Assembly: GCA_036785375.1 (NCBI GenBank)
Contig: JAWMAR010000009.1
Location: forward strand, 16,554,001 to 16,618,000
From: Leucoraja ocellata
Lineage: Eukaryota
Direction of reading: 5' to 3'
Length of the DNA: 64,000 bases
Part shown: positions 24,625 to 38,019 of the stretch, piece by piece
How positions within the stretch are numbered: position 1 is the stretch's first letter
Layout: every line of letters begins with the position of its first letter
The notes under the pieces: model-generated
The model's input: the letters and a program-made list of their open reading frames with translations, nothing else
The model's database searches: none
Told to the model about the DNA's origin: nothing
Made by a program: the position numbers and the translations under genes

Positions 24625-25455
24625 GAGTCATGATCACAGTCATACGGCATGTAAACAGGCCCTTCAGCCCATCTCCTCTCTGCTGACCAAGATACCCAAT
24701 CTTAGATTGTTTCATCCCATTTGCCCACATTCGGCCCATATCTCTCTAAACCTTTCCTATCCTTGTCCCTATCCAAATATCTTTTAAATGTTATTATAGC
24801 AGCTGCCTCAGCTACCTCCTCTGGCAAATCGTTCCACATACAAAATTCTTAAGGGGTTGGACAGGCTGGATGCAGGAACATTGTTCCCGATGTTGGGGAA
24901 GTCCAGAACAAGGGGTCACAGTTTAAGGATAAGGGAGAAGCCTTTTAGGACCGAGATAAGAAAAACATTTTTCACACAGAGTGTTGAATCTGTGGAATTC
25001 TGCCACAGAAGGTAGTCGAGGCCAGTTCATTGGCTATATTTAAGAGGGAGTTAGATGTGGCCCTTGTGGCTAAAGGGATCAGGGGGTATGGAGAGAAGGC
25101 AGGTACAGGATACTGAGTTGGATGATCAGCCATGATTATATTGAATGGCGGTGCAAGCTCGAAGGGCCGAATGGCCTACTCCTGCACCTATTTTCTATGT
25201 TTCTATGTTTCTATACCCACCATCCTCTGAGTGAAAAAGTTGTCCCTCAGGTTCCTAATAAATCTTGCCCCTCTCATCTTAAAACTATGTAATTGTCCTT
25301 GATTCCCCTACCCTGGGTGAAAGGCTCTGTGCATTCACCCTACCTATTCCCCTCGTGATATTAATAAGATTATCCCCCATTTCCCGTGCTCCAAGGAATA
25401 GAACAATAGCCTGCCCAGACTTTCCCTATAGCTCAGATCACTGATGCCTAGCAAC
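24625..25455. mobile_element. Older minus-strand CR1 with a younger plus-strand CR1 (~24841-25213) nested inside
   Basis: Host reads ...ttccacata|cccaccatcc... across the insert; the insert ends in (TTCTATGT)n. Confidence 0.8.
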
Positions 25456-26076
25456 TGAAGATAGACACAAAAAGCTGGAGTAACTCAGCAGGTCAGACAG
25501 CATCTCTGGAGAAAAGGAATAGGTGATGTTTCGGGTCGAGACCCTTCTTCAGACTGAGAGCCAGGTGAAAGGGGAGGGAGATATATAGGAGGGAGATATA
25601 TAGGATATCGGAGGGTGATCCTAGCAACATCCTCATAAATCTTCCGTGCACTCTTTCCAACTTGAATTATTCAAAGATCAAATGTTAGTTCGTTCATGAG
25701 GATAATGGTATAGCTTTGGCTCAAGGAGACACCAAAGGAATTCGTCTTCCTCTGAGCCCTGCAAGTTTTCCACAGGTGCCTGCACAACTCTGGAGATGAG
25801 CCTGGTATCTAATTTTAAAATTTCTACACTGAAATGTGTCAAAAGTTACACCACCTGTCCCTTCTGATAATTGGGTGGATAACATATCCGAAATTCATGG
25901 AGAAGTGATTTGTGATTAAGCTGTCATTAAAAACCTGAAGTGCTCGAATATTAATAAGGTAACAGGGCCAGGTGGAATCTATCCAAGAATATTTAATGAA
26001 AGAGATAAAGCTACGACATATATTTTATGCAGCTCGTTAAGAATAGCACAAATTAATTACCAAATAGCTGATTATG

Positions 26077-26388
26077 TTTAGTTTAGTTTAGTTTAGTTTA
26101 GAGGTACAGCGCAGAAACAGACACTTCGGCCCACCAGCGATCCCCGCACATTAACACTACCCTGTACATACGAGGGACAATTTTTACATTTACCAAACCA
26201 ATTAACCTACAAACCTGTATGTCTTTGGAGTGTGGGAGGAAACTGATGATCTTGGAGAAAACCCACGTGGGTGACGGGGAGAAGGTACAAACTCCACACA
26301 AGCAGCACCCGTAGTTGGGATCGAGCCAGGGTCTCCGGTGCTGCATTCACTGTAAGGTAGCAACTCTACTGCTGCGACACAGTGCCAC
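26077..26388 (-). mobile_element. HE1-like V-SINE
   Basis: (TAAAC)n tail, V core, tRNA-like head. Confidence 0.85.
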
Positions 26389-26603
26389 CATTTAAAATGA
26401 TTGAGGAACCTGAGACAAGTTAGGTATCAGCCGAGAGTAAATATTCTGTAAGGGGAGCATCAGACATTGAGCAGAATTTTCACAAGATGGCATCGAGAAA
26501 TTGGACTGAAAAAGAGTTCTGCTGATCAAAAAAATATATTGTCTTATTATTATTATTGGGCAGTCTTTTATTTCAACACTTGCACTACCCTTTGTTTCCA
26601 CGT

Positions 26604-27368
26604 AGGGCAGCACGGTGGCACAGCGCTAGAGTTGCTGCCTTACAGCGCTTACAGCGCCAGATTGCCAGGTTCAATCCCGACTACAGGTGCTGTCTGTACG
26701 GAGTTTGAAACATAGAAACATAGAAAATAGGTGCAGAAGTAGGCCATTCGGCCCTTCGAGCCTGCACCGCCATTCAATATGATCATGGCTGATCATCCAA
26801 CTCAGTATCCTGTACCTGCCTTCTCTCCATACCCCCTGATCCCTTTAGCCACAAGGGCCACATCTAACTCCCTCTTAAATATAGCCAATGAACTGGCCTC
26901 AACTACCTTCTGTGGCAGAGAATTCCACAGATTCACCACTCTCTGTGTGAAAAATGTTTTTCTCATCTCGGTCCTAAAAGATTTCCCCTTTATCCTTAAA
27001 CTGTGACCCCTTGTTCTGGACTTCCCCAACATCGGGAACAATCGTCCTGCATCTAGCCTGTCCAACCCCTTAAGAATTTTGAAAGTTTCTATAAGATCCC
27101 CCCTCAATCTTCTAAGTTCTAGCGAGTACAAGCTGAGTCTATCCAGTCTTTCTTCATACGTTCATGAACGTTCTCCCCGTGACCGCGTGGGTTTTTCTCC
27201 GAGATCTTCGGTGTCCTCCCACACTCCAATTAGGTTAACTGGCGTGATATAAATGTAAATATCGTCCCAAGCGTGTGTGGGATAGTGTTAGTGTACGGGG
27301 ATCGATGGTCGGTGCGTACTTGGGCTGAAGGGCCTGTTTTCGTGCTGCATCTCTAAACCAAACTAAAT
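26604..27368 (+). mobile_element. HE1-like V-SINE split by a CR1
   Basis: Head at 26604-26707; body resumes at ~27167. Confidence 0.8.
26708..27158 (-). mobile_element. Young CR1/HER1-like LINE 3' fragment inserted in a V-SINE
   Basis: Open frame LYSLELRRLRGDLIETFKILKGLDRLDAGRLFPMLGKSRTRGHSL...; (TTCTATGT)n tail. Confidence 0.9.
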
Positions 27369-27593
27369 CATAGTCTCCCTTCCATATTTGTGAGAAACTA
27401 GAATCGAAGCAGACACAAGATGCTGGAGTAACTCAGTGGGTCAGGCAGCATCTCTGGAGAAAAGGAATAGGTGACATTTCGGGTCGGAACCTTCTTCCGA
27501 ATGAAAGATAGAGAAGGAAAGAACAAAACAGGACCGCCAACAGATGACCTCAGGGAGGATGCAGTCCATAATGGCCCATTGTTGGTTGGGGAA

Positions 27594-28035
27594 TTGACAA
27601 TAGACAATAGGTGCAGGAGTAGGCCATTCGGCCCTTTGAGCCAGCACCGCCATTCAATATGATCATGGCTGATCATCCCCAATCAGTACCCAGTTCCTGC
27701 CTTCTTCCCATATCCCCTGACTCCACTATCTTTAAGAGCCCTATCTAGCTCTCTCTTAAAAGTATCCAGAGAACCGGCCTCCACCGCCCTCTGAGGCTGA
27801 GAATTCCACAGACTCACTACTCTCTGTGTGAAAAAGTGTTTCCTCATCTCCGTTCTAAATGGCTTACCCCTTATTCTTAAACTGTGGCTCCTGGTTCTAG
27901 ACTCCCCCAACATCGGGAACATGGTTCCTGCGTGTCCAAACCTTTAATAATCTTATATGTTTCAACAAGATTCCCTCTCATCTTTCTAAATTCCAGAGTG
28001 TACAAGCCCAGCCGCTCCATTCTCTCAGCATTTGA
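27594..28035 (-). mobile_element. CR1-like LINE 3' fragment
   Basis: GESRTRSHSLRIRGKPFRTEMRKHFFTQRVVSLWNS; (CTATTGT)n tail. Confidence 0.88.
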
Positions 28036-30054
28036 TAGTTAAGGCTAGAATCGTTATGGGGTGAAGATGAGTTACGGCCAGAATCAAAGCAGGTTGAACT
28101 GAGCTATAGCACATCAAATTACTAGTACAAAGCATGTTTTACAGGTAAATGGAAACTTGGGATGTAAGTTGGAGCAGCCCACATGACATATTGAGAGTTA
28201 CAAATGTGACCCATGAGTAGGTTGAGACCTTGTGGCGTTGGGCTATAGGGATTCCTCACATCAAGCACCGGTTTTTCCCATCCCCAGAATTACTGCTGCA
28301 CCAGCTCTAAAGCATACAATCTGGTGAAAAGCTATTGATCTAAAAAGTTTAAGAAAGAACTGCAGATGCTGGAAAAATCGAAGGTAGACAAAAAATGCTG
28401 GAGAAACTCGAATGATGCTGCCTCACCCGCTGAGTTTCTCCAGCATCTTTCGTCTACCTAGTGATCTAAAAAGTTGACTGATTCTGCATTCTGTTGAACA
28501 TGACTCAACCTGAAAAACCTGGATAACTTTATTTCCCTTTCCACACAGATGCTGCCTGACCTGGTGAGTATTTCTGGAATTTGCCGTCTCCATTACACTT
28601 GCTCTTGCCTGCTGTCCAAAAGAAAATGGGTGTCATGGTTAAGATGACAAGTTGACAAGCCGTTGTTAAGGTCAGAGACCAGTAAAATGTCCAGTAGGAG
28701 GTAAGGTCCTGATTCTCATCCATGACTGGAACAGTGAGGTCAAATGGGGAGGTCAAGTTAGCGGAGCAAGCCACTGGAGATTGCGAGTATTGTGAGCAGA
28801 AATAGTCAGAAGAACAATCATAGTCGTAAGTTCATAAGATCATAAGTGATAGGAGCAGAATTAGGCCATTCGGCCCATCATGTCTACTCCTCCATTCAAT
28901 CATGGCTGATCCATCTCTCCCTATCAACCCCATTCTCCCGCCTTCTCCCCATGACCCCTGACACTAGAGTCATAGAGACACAAGGCACTGAATCAGCCCA
29001 ACTTGTCCATTCTCAATGAAAATGTCTCATCTCTGCCTGTCCCACCTGCCCACATTGAGGCCATATCCCGCTAAACCTTTCCTATCCATGTAAGCTACTC
29101 TGTGCATTCATTCACCCAATCTGCATTTGCTTTTCCTGATGCTTCACAGTTGGAAATGGTAGAAATGGTTCTCTCACCGAAGGTGTATTTGGGGGGGGGG
29201 GCTGCATAGTGTACGGAAGGAGCTGAAAGTTCTGCCTGGCTATTGCAAATTGTTTTGTTTGCTTAGCTCCGCAATGTAGACTTTACTCAAGGCTTTGTAG
29301 GTCACCTTTTCACCTGTCAAGCTGCATGGACTTCAAATAGGTTGCTCATGGCAAGGTAAGGCTATCAGTAAAATTATCAGTACTTGCTTGTCAATCCATG
29401 GTGTGAGGAAATTGGTGTGATTTACCTCATACTGAGACATGTTATATAGAGAGGAGTAAGTGATGTCAAGGTAAACCTTTTTCATGTTTTCATTAATAAG
29501 TTATAACCTCCAGTGCTATTGATATGTGACTTTGGGTGAAGGGTATAATTAGACAGTGAATAGGAATTAGATATTGATTATGATAATTATATCTAATCTC
29601 CAAGTCCAAAGTAGGCTAATTAAAAAAATGGACTTCCATTATAACTGAAACAGGAAGGCAATTAATAGAATCATAATTCCATTAGGGATAATGTATTTGG
29701 ACAAGCCATGAAACATGCCTGACCTCAGCCACCAAAGTTAAAGGGACTTTAACTCAAAGTTTAAAATTTTTGCTGGATTTATGAACCTTTTGAGGCAAAG
29801 GTAAACTTTAGGGATTGTTCCCTCTCTAAGGTGTAACACATTGAGATATATTCCACAGAGTTCAAATTGCTGGGTGAGATTATACTTTCCCATTAATCTT
29901 GTGACTAAGCCCGAAATTCTACCTTTCTGATGTCTAAGCTGCATTTGAGTTTATGAAGTTTGGATCACCTGTTCACGGGGTTAAATTTAACACACATAAT
30001 TTCAGAAAAATGTTTGACAGCCAACCTTTATATTTATATTTAATGGTAACGTAT

Positions 30055-30572
30055 GATGAGCGTTGGACCTGTACCCTCTGGAGTTTAGACGGATGAAGAG
30101 GGGGACCTCATTGCAATTTACCAAATCGTGAAAGGCCTGGATAGAGTGGATGTGTTTCCACTAGTGGGAGAGTCTAGGACCAGAGGGCACAGCCTCAGAA
30201 TAAAGGGACGCACTTTTGGAAAGGACATAAGGATGAATTTCTTTAGTCAGAGGGTGGCGAATCGTGGGAATCATTGCCACAGACACCAGGGGAAGTCAAG
30301 CCAATGGATATTTTTAAGGTGGAGATTGATTAGTTCTTGATTAGTGTGGGTGTCGGGGGTTACGGGGAGAAGGCAGGAGAATGGGGTTGAGAGAGAAAGA
30401 TAGATCAGCCATGATTGAATGACGGAGTAGACTTGATGGGTCGAATGGCCTCATTCTGCTCCTAGAACTTATGAATTTATGAGGGAAAAATAGATCAGCC
30501 ATGAATGAATGGCCAAGCAGACTCAATGGTCTGAATGACATAATTCTGCTCCTGTGACTTACTTATGAACTT
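30055..30572 (+). mobile_element. CR1-like LINE 3' fragment with a tandemly duplicated 3' tail
   Basis: KGLDRVDVFPLVGESRTRGHSLRIKG; the tagatcagccatga...ttctgctcct...ttatgaa unit occurs twice (~30400-30480 and ~30490-30572). Confidence 0.8.
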
Positions 30573-32593
30573 ATTCCTTACAACCCAGAGGAGGCCGTTT
30601 GGCCCATCGAGTCTCTGACAGCTCTATGAGCTCTTCCATCAATCTTATTTGCCCCCCTATTTCCCTGAAATCAACTTCCTCACCTCCGGTTCTCCTGCCA
30701 TCGAGGCAGGTTTGGGGTTGTTTAACAAAAGCCAACTCACCCACCGACCAGCATGGTTAAAGTCAGCGGAAGGAAACCGGAGTGCCTGGCGGAAGCCCAC
30801 ATGATCAACGGGGAAATGTGCAAACTCCACACCGACAGTACCATAGTGAAGATCAAACCCAGGGCCCTAGGACTGCAGGATAACTACACCACCCGCAACA
30901 TTACCCCAAATGTTTCAATGGCTTTGAATTCTGATGAAAGCTCAGCAGTCTGAAACACTGGCTGTGATTCCCTCTCCACATTTGCTGCCCGACCTGATGT
31001 GCTTTCCTGGCACGGTGCAACTATCTCAAGAGTGTGAACCTTTTCCTTTTCCAGCAGGGGAAAAAATTAATTAATTAAATAATCAATCAGGCAATTAATT
31101 AATTAATTAATTGATTGATTAATGACCACTTTATTTTATTGACCCATGTGACAAGTCACAGGGAAATCCTGGAAGCCGAGCAGACGTTTTCTATCCATAT
31201 CCCTGCAAAATGTTTTCTAAATGTTGTTTTGTTTAGTTTAGAGATACAGTGCGGAAACAGGCCCTTCGGCCCATCAATGCCGATCAGCAATCCCCGCACG
31301 CTAACTCTACCCCACACACACACTAGGAACAGTGTATAATTATACCAAGTCAATGAACCCAAAAAACTTTGAAGTGTGGGAGGAAACAGGAGTTCCTGGA
31401 GAAAACCCATGCAGGTCATGGGGAGAAGGTACAAACTCAGCACAGACAAGCACCGGTAGTCAGGATCAAACTCGGGTATCTGGCGCTGTAGTGCAGCAAA
31501 TCTACTGCTGCACCATCATCCACAGTTGTTATTATACCTGCCTCGACCTCTTCCTCTAGCAGCTCGTTCCATGTACATATGACACACTGTGTGAAAACGT
31601 CGCATCTCAGGTTCCTATTAGATCTTTCCCCTCTCACCTTTAACCTATGCCCTCCAGTTCTTGATTGCCCAACACTGGTACAGTATTCGACCTAGCAATT
31701 CCGAAGTCTACCGAGTGTGTGGGAATTTGAGTCTCAAGAATTGCAAAACGCAACCGTCGTTAGAGTAGATTAGTACGGGTGTCAAGGGGCAAGGCTTGAT
31801 GGGCCGAATGGCCTAATTCTGATCCTATCACTGATGACCTCAGACCTTATGGGATTGTTTCCACTGTTCAGTTTACTTCAGTACAGATGCTGTAGTGTGT
31901 CTTCCATCCAGTGCTGCAGTTCTGTTGGGATCAGACACCGAGCACATCTAATTCGCACTGCTTCCATTTGTAAACGTGTTGTGATCTCATGTTGCTTCAA
32001 GCAGAGGGCGGTAAACAATTACACAGTCCCCTGCTGTTGGCTGTCGAATAGTAAATGAGAGATCACTGCATCTTGGCAACATCGTACGACTCTGAACTAG
32101 AATGTGCATCAATCAAGTAACACGGAAATATGAGGGCAGAATCACCTTGCAGAGAGTACAGTGCTGCTGAGAAGTATGAAGGGCAACTCATTAATCCAAG
32201 CTGGGTCAACTCACCCCTACCATGGTGAAGAAAGTATCGGAGTCTGAAAAACCATGACCACCAGGTTCAAGAATAGCTTCTGGAACTCTCTGCCACAGAG
32301 GGTAGTTGAGGCCAGTTCATTGGCTATATTTAAGAGGGAGTTAGATGTGGCCCTTGTGGCTAAGGGGATCAGGGGGTATGGAGAGAAGGCAGGTACGGGA
32401 TACTGAGTTGGATGATCAGCCATGATCATATTGAATGGCGGTGCAGGCTCGAAGGGCCGAATGGCCTACTCCTGAACCTAATTTCTATGTTTCTATGTTT
32501 CTTCCCAACAACAATCAAGCTCTTGAACACTCTCTGATATTTTTCTCAACTATGAACTTCTATGGACTGTCTCAGATTGCACTTATGTCATTG

Positions 32594-33236
32594 GACTTTA
32601 GAGTTTTAGAATTTAGAGATACAAGTGGAAACAAGCCATTCAGCCCACCGGGTCCATGCCGACCAGCATGAGCACTGACACTGGCACTATCCTACACACA
32701 AGTGGCAATTTACAATTCTGCCGAGGCCAATTAACCAGCAAGCCTGTGGAGTGTGCGGGGAAAGCGGAGGACCCGGAGAAAACCCACGCGGTCACAGGGA
32801 GAACATACCAACTCCATACAGAGAGCATTCCTAATCAGGATCCAACCCGGGTCTCTGGAGCTGTAAAACCCCTGTCCCACGGTACGAGTTCATTCCAAGA
32901 GCTCTCCCGAGTTTGCCCTGGAGTTCGAACTCGGAGATTTACGGTAATGGCCACTCGTCTGGTACTCGGGGCTCTCGTGGACATTTTTCATCATGTTGAA
33001 AAATCTTCACGAGTCTTCCCGTGCTTACCTGCCATTAGCGAGTCTTCCCGAGTACCTGCCGTTAGAGTTACGAGGAGCTAAGAAACGTCCCCGAGCTCCG
33101 ACGTACCCGCTACGTTCATTCTCCGTGCTTACCACGAGTTTGATTTTTTTTAACTCGGGAGAGCTCTTGGAATGAACTCGTACCGTGGGACAGGGCTTTA
33201 AAGCAGCAACTCTACCACTGAGCCAATACACCGCCC
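32594..33236 (-). mobile_element. HE1-like V-SINE carrying a MITE
   Basis: SINE sequence is contiguous across the TAA TSD. Confidence 0.85.
32867..33198. mobile_element. PIF/Harbinger-type MITE (332 bp) inserted in a V-SINE head
   Basis: TIRs AACCCCTGTCCCACGGTACGAGTTCATTCCAAGAGCTCTCCCGAGTT / reverse complement ending GTGGGACAGGGCTT. TAA TSD at 32864-32866 and 33199-33201. Confidence 0.88.
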
Positions 33237-33449
33237 CTTTTTAATGGCTGGGTTCGAGTGGTTGGATTCCTTTTCAATTGTATTGTGGTGACTAATTTAT
33301 TGAATTTCTGTTCATTATATATTATCTACGTGCATTGCATTCACAAGCCTGTTATGCTGCTGCAAGGAAGAATTTCATTGTTCCATTATCGGTGGGTATG
33401 ACAATGAAGCACTCTTGATTCTCAACTTGACGTAAGCTGGGACATGTTT

Positions 33450-34490
33450 GGTAATAATCACATCTGTGAATCCGAAGGCTGCGAAGTCTCGGTTCTCCTC
33501 TAGAGGCTTGAAGATAATAGTCTAGGCTGACAATGCAGTACAGTATATAGACATAGAAAACATAGAAAAAAGGTGCAGGAGGAGGCCATTTGGCCCTTCG
33601 AGCCAGCACCGCCATTCATTGTGATCTTGGCTCATCATCCACAATCAGTAACCCGTGCCTGCCTTCTCCCCATATCCCTTGATTCCCGCTAGCCCCTAGA
33701 GCTCGATCTAACTCTCTCTTAAATCCATCCAGTGACTTGGCCTCCACTGCCTTCTGTGGCAGAGAATTCAACAAATTCAAGAGTCAAGAGAATCAAGTCA
33801 AGAGTGTTTTATTGTCATGTGTCCCAGACAGAACAAGGACATTCTTACTTGCTGCAGCACGACAGAATATGTAAACATATGATAAACGAGTGAGAGAGAA
33901 TAGAAAACTTCAGTGTGTTGCTGGTGTCTGCAGTTTCATTTATACAGGTTAGCTGAGAGTTACTATATTTGATGATTTTCTGTTGTGCTGACAAACATGT
34001 CACCACAGACCGGTGAAAAATGTTTTTTTCTCATCTCAGTTTTAAATGGCCTCCCCTTTATTCTTAGACTGTGGCCCCTGGTTCTGGACTCCCCCAGCAT
34101 TGGGGACATTTTTCCTGCATCTAGCTTGTCCAGTCCTTTTATACTGAGACGGTGTTGATACTGAGGCATTGCTGAAAATGTCATCAAATACGAAAAATGA
34201 TTAAACAAAGGGTAGTCTGGTCTCCTGTAGTTGTAAAAGACTGTGTGGCACTCCTTTGGAGAGGCGCAGTGAGCAATTGTCCCTTGTACGTGTCTCTACG
34301 TGCCAATATGTATCCTTCATTCCCATTGCCAAAACATTATTGCATTGATGTTCGCAGAAGTTTACTGTCTGTACAATGGCCACATCATTTTCCAGTTCAT
34401 AACCGTGAACATGGTATTTCATGACCTATAAACTTTCCTGTACATCCTGAAATTGTAAAAAGCATTTTATAAATGATAGTTTTTTTTAAC
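33450..34490 (+). mobile_element. Ancient Deu-domain SINE (SacSINE1-like) split by a CR1 at ~33548-34141
   Basis: Head ...tctaggctgacaatgcagtacagtat|atactgag..., then a Deu-like core tggcactc...gccaatatgtatcc. Related remnants at 11460-11750 (-) and ~61690-61750. Recognised from memory of the consensus. Confidence 0.55.
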
Positions 34491-35213
34491 TGTAAGCATA
34501 TAAATGGAATCAAAAAGCAAAATGCTGAAGGAACTCAGCAGGTCAGAACGGTTTGCAGAGTCTTTCAGGAGGGTCCCGACCCGAATCACTGCCTGTCCAT
34601 TCCCTCCACAGATGCTATCCAATCCACTGAGTCCCTCTAGCATAGAGTCCTAGAGTCATACAGCATGGAAACAGGCCCTTCAGCACAACATGTCCCAGCT
34701 ACACTAGTCCCACAACATATCCCAGCTACACTGTCTGCATCTGGTCCATATCCCTCCAAACCTGTCCTATCCATGTACCTGTCTAAACGTTGTGATAGTC
34801 CCTTCCTCAACTACCTCCTCCGGCAGCTCGTTCCATACACCCACCACCCTTTGTGTGAACTTTGTATTGTATTCATGCTTCCAGTGTCTCCAATAAACAT
34901 CTCCAATGTCTCCAATATATGTTTTTCTTTACGGAACAAATAGAGGCGAATATACAGAAATAAACATACTAAGTGCTGACAATATTAGATATTGATTATA
35001 TAATGACTACAGATTTGGGAAATAGCATTGAGAATGATACAAGGAATTATAGCCCCTCTTAACATAGAATGAAATATACAAATATATAGATACATATACA
35101 TAAATATATTAAATATATATATATACAATTCCAAATTGACAGACCTTTGAAAACACTGCATCATTCCAACTCGTCTCCTGTGCATTCCCAGAATCTTCCC
35201 CCCCAGCCCCCCC

Positions 35214-35255
<42 letters not shown>

Positions 35256-38019
35256 CACACACTATTTCAGCAAACTAGACCTTGCCTGAGATTCCTTCCC
35301 AATATCTGTCCAAACTTCAGATCTCCCACAAGGTTCCTGTTACCATTCTGAGCATTCCCTTTGTTTCAATATTGATCTTGTCTCAATAGACTCCTCATGC
35401 AGAAACCTTTGATGCTCTATGTAAAATGCACCTTGCTTATGTTGTGTAGTATGCACAAACATGATGTGCCTTCAACACTGCGTCTATCTAAAATAACAGT
35501 TTGCATTTAATAAACAGCTTTGAGATGGTAAATCGGATTCACACATACCTGATGCCAAAGAATATTGGGCAAATGGACCAAACACGCTTTGCATATTAAT
35601 CAGGATTTCTAAAGGAAATTATTTGTTGGATTCATTTTTAGCACAGAATGTTGCCTTCTTATGCAACGCTGGACTAACCCTCAGAGATAGAGAGAAATAA
35701 AGTTAAATTCTGCAGTTCCAAATATTTAGTTTCTGCCTATTAGCGTTGATTTCATGCACAGTAGTTGCTGTCTCTTCAAAGAATTCTCTTTGGCCTAAAT
35801 CCAAAATGAAACAATTAATTTTAATAACTATCTGTCGCTATTTACTGAAAGTGATCTTGTTGTACCTCTGCTCAGCAAACCTTACCGCTTACAGTTTCAG
35901 GCTGTTGCAGGGGGTTCTTAATATCCCACCAATTTAGGGGTTGGGATCTTTGGACACTTACTCGTAATCGAGAATTCAATTTAAAGCGAGCACTTCACTT
36001 TCCATACACGGTGTGCGAATTATAGAGGCCAATCAGTGGGTTGGGTAAACAAATATCTGAAAGCAATTTGTTTTGTGGAAATTTTGAATCACCGTGCAAT
36101 GATTAGCACAGTAAAACTCTCACTGTCAAGTTTATTTATAGGGACTGAAAGAGCTGAATCTAAACTAGCAACGAGTTTTAGTTTAGACTACGGTGGCAAT
36201 TTATGCCTGTCCTTTGCCCTATTTTCTGCATGAATTGACAGACGGGAATTGTCCTGAAGGCTTTTGCAGAAGAACTTCAATAACCTGGCATGCGTGTGAT
36301 TTTGGAGGTGCCTGATTGCTAGGTTTTCTGGACTATTTTGGCTGATACTTTTACAAACACCTAAACACTCTTTTAATTCAGAGGACGTGTCATGGAAACA
36401 GGCCCTTCAGCCCATCTCATCCATGCTGATTCATCCAATTCATCTAAAATGCCCGTCTAAGCTCATCCCATTTGCCCAGGGTAGCAGAGCTGCTGCCTTA
36501 CAGCGCCAGAGACCCAGGGTCATTCCTGACTATGGATGCCTGTCTCTCCAGAGTTTGTACATTCTCCCCGTGACCTGCGTGGGTTTTCTCCGGGATCTTC
36601 GGTTTCCTCCCACACTCCAAATGTTTACAGGTTTGCAGGTTAATTGTGTACAATTAAAATACCTGAAATTAGAAAAGTCAATGTTCATACTGCTGAGAAT
36701 TAGAAATTCCTTAATTTCAGGCGGTCCTTACTTTCTCCTCCCCTTCTCAGCTCTCCCTCAGCCCACTGGCTCCTCCTCTTCCTTTCTTCTTCCCCCCCCA
36801 TGCTCACATCATTCTGAAGAAGAAGATTGCACCTGCTTCAACGCTCTATCTGACAGCTTGTTCCATATATGCACCACCCTCTGTGTGAAAACATTGCCCA
36901 TCAGGTTCCCTGTTAAATCTTTTCCCTCTTACATTAAACCTATTCCCTCTAGTTTTTGTTTCCTCCACACTGCGGATAGGACTGCGAGCATTCACCCTAT
37001 CTGTGCCCTTCATAATTTTATACATTTCCATAAATTGTGAGGGATTATTGCCCTAAATCGGAGGCAAGAGGCCAAGCAACACATCAAATCCAGTTCTGGC
37101 TTTTGATCAACGGTGCTGGGGTCTCTCCATGCCAGAGAAATGTTGTGCTGTTTCATCTTTCCCGTCCTCTCGGCCGTGGCTGGGTGAATGATGAGTTGGC
37201 CCGGGTGCTGGACTGCACGCAAAGCCCAGCCGGCGGGCCAGCTGAGGAGTTTTAGCCCGGGCCGCGCAAAGTCCGGCGCCCCATCCAACTGATGAACCGA
37301 TGATCAGCCATGAGAAGGAGGGGTGGTGGTGGTGTCGGCGGTCAGCGAAGGTCCAAAGGTCGGACAGCTGGCCGGGCTGCCAACCAACAGGGCCACGGGC
37401 GAGGCTCTGCTGCTGCACTCCATGGGCTGCACTACATCGAAATGGGTGAGGCGGGGCTCACCCATCCTTGTTAACAGACATTATCCATTGGTCATTGAGA
37501 ACGACAACCCAAGCACATTGACATCAATTAAAGGGAACATTTTGAGGTCAATTAGAAAGCATTTTCTGTTGCTGGTGATGGTTTTTCTTCAAACTAATAT
37601 AAAATTAATTGCCTTTCATTACAAAGTGCGAGGCTGAGATTTGCATCTGTGACAAATGATGTGGGATTGCTGTTTCTGGCATTGTGTGGCAGCTGGGTCT
37701 GTCTTGCCTGAGGAGTCACACTTTGCCATTGCACCTTTATTAATGCAATTTTACAGTGTCACATTTGCACTTAATTAGCACTAATGTCATGTTCCTCAGA
37801 CAGAATGATAACTGGGAGAGCCAGGGAACTGATCAAACGCAAGGAAAGAGGACAAATTATATTCCAAATTCTAATGGAGAAAAACATGAAATAAGCATGT
37901 ATGATGCAAGTTAGAGAAATCCACAGAGCAAAATTCAACTTCTTTACTTGCTCCCTTCATTGTAAGTCATGTTTGTGGCATAACCGGCATCGTGGCATAT
38001 AGAATTATAATTCCTGAGG

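Noticed and set aside
26604-26700. SINE heads as tRNA genes
   Set aside because: No complete acceptor stem; they continue into the V-domain and LINE-like tail.
29301-29361. Possible 55-nt exon (tttgtag|...GCAAG|gtaagg)
   Set aside because: The splice-like signals stand alone, the peptide is unrecognised and no partner exons were found.
37186-37300. ATGATGA...CTGA as a C/D snoRNA, and CTGATGA at ~37289 as a hammerhead
   Set aside because: No convincing terminal stem or host intron, and no GAAA-NUH partner after the CTGATGA.
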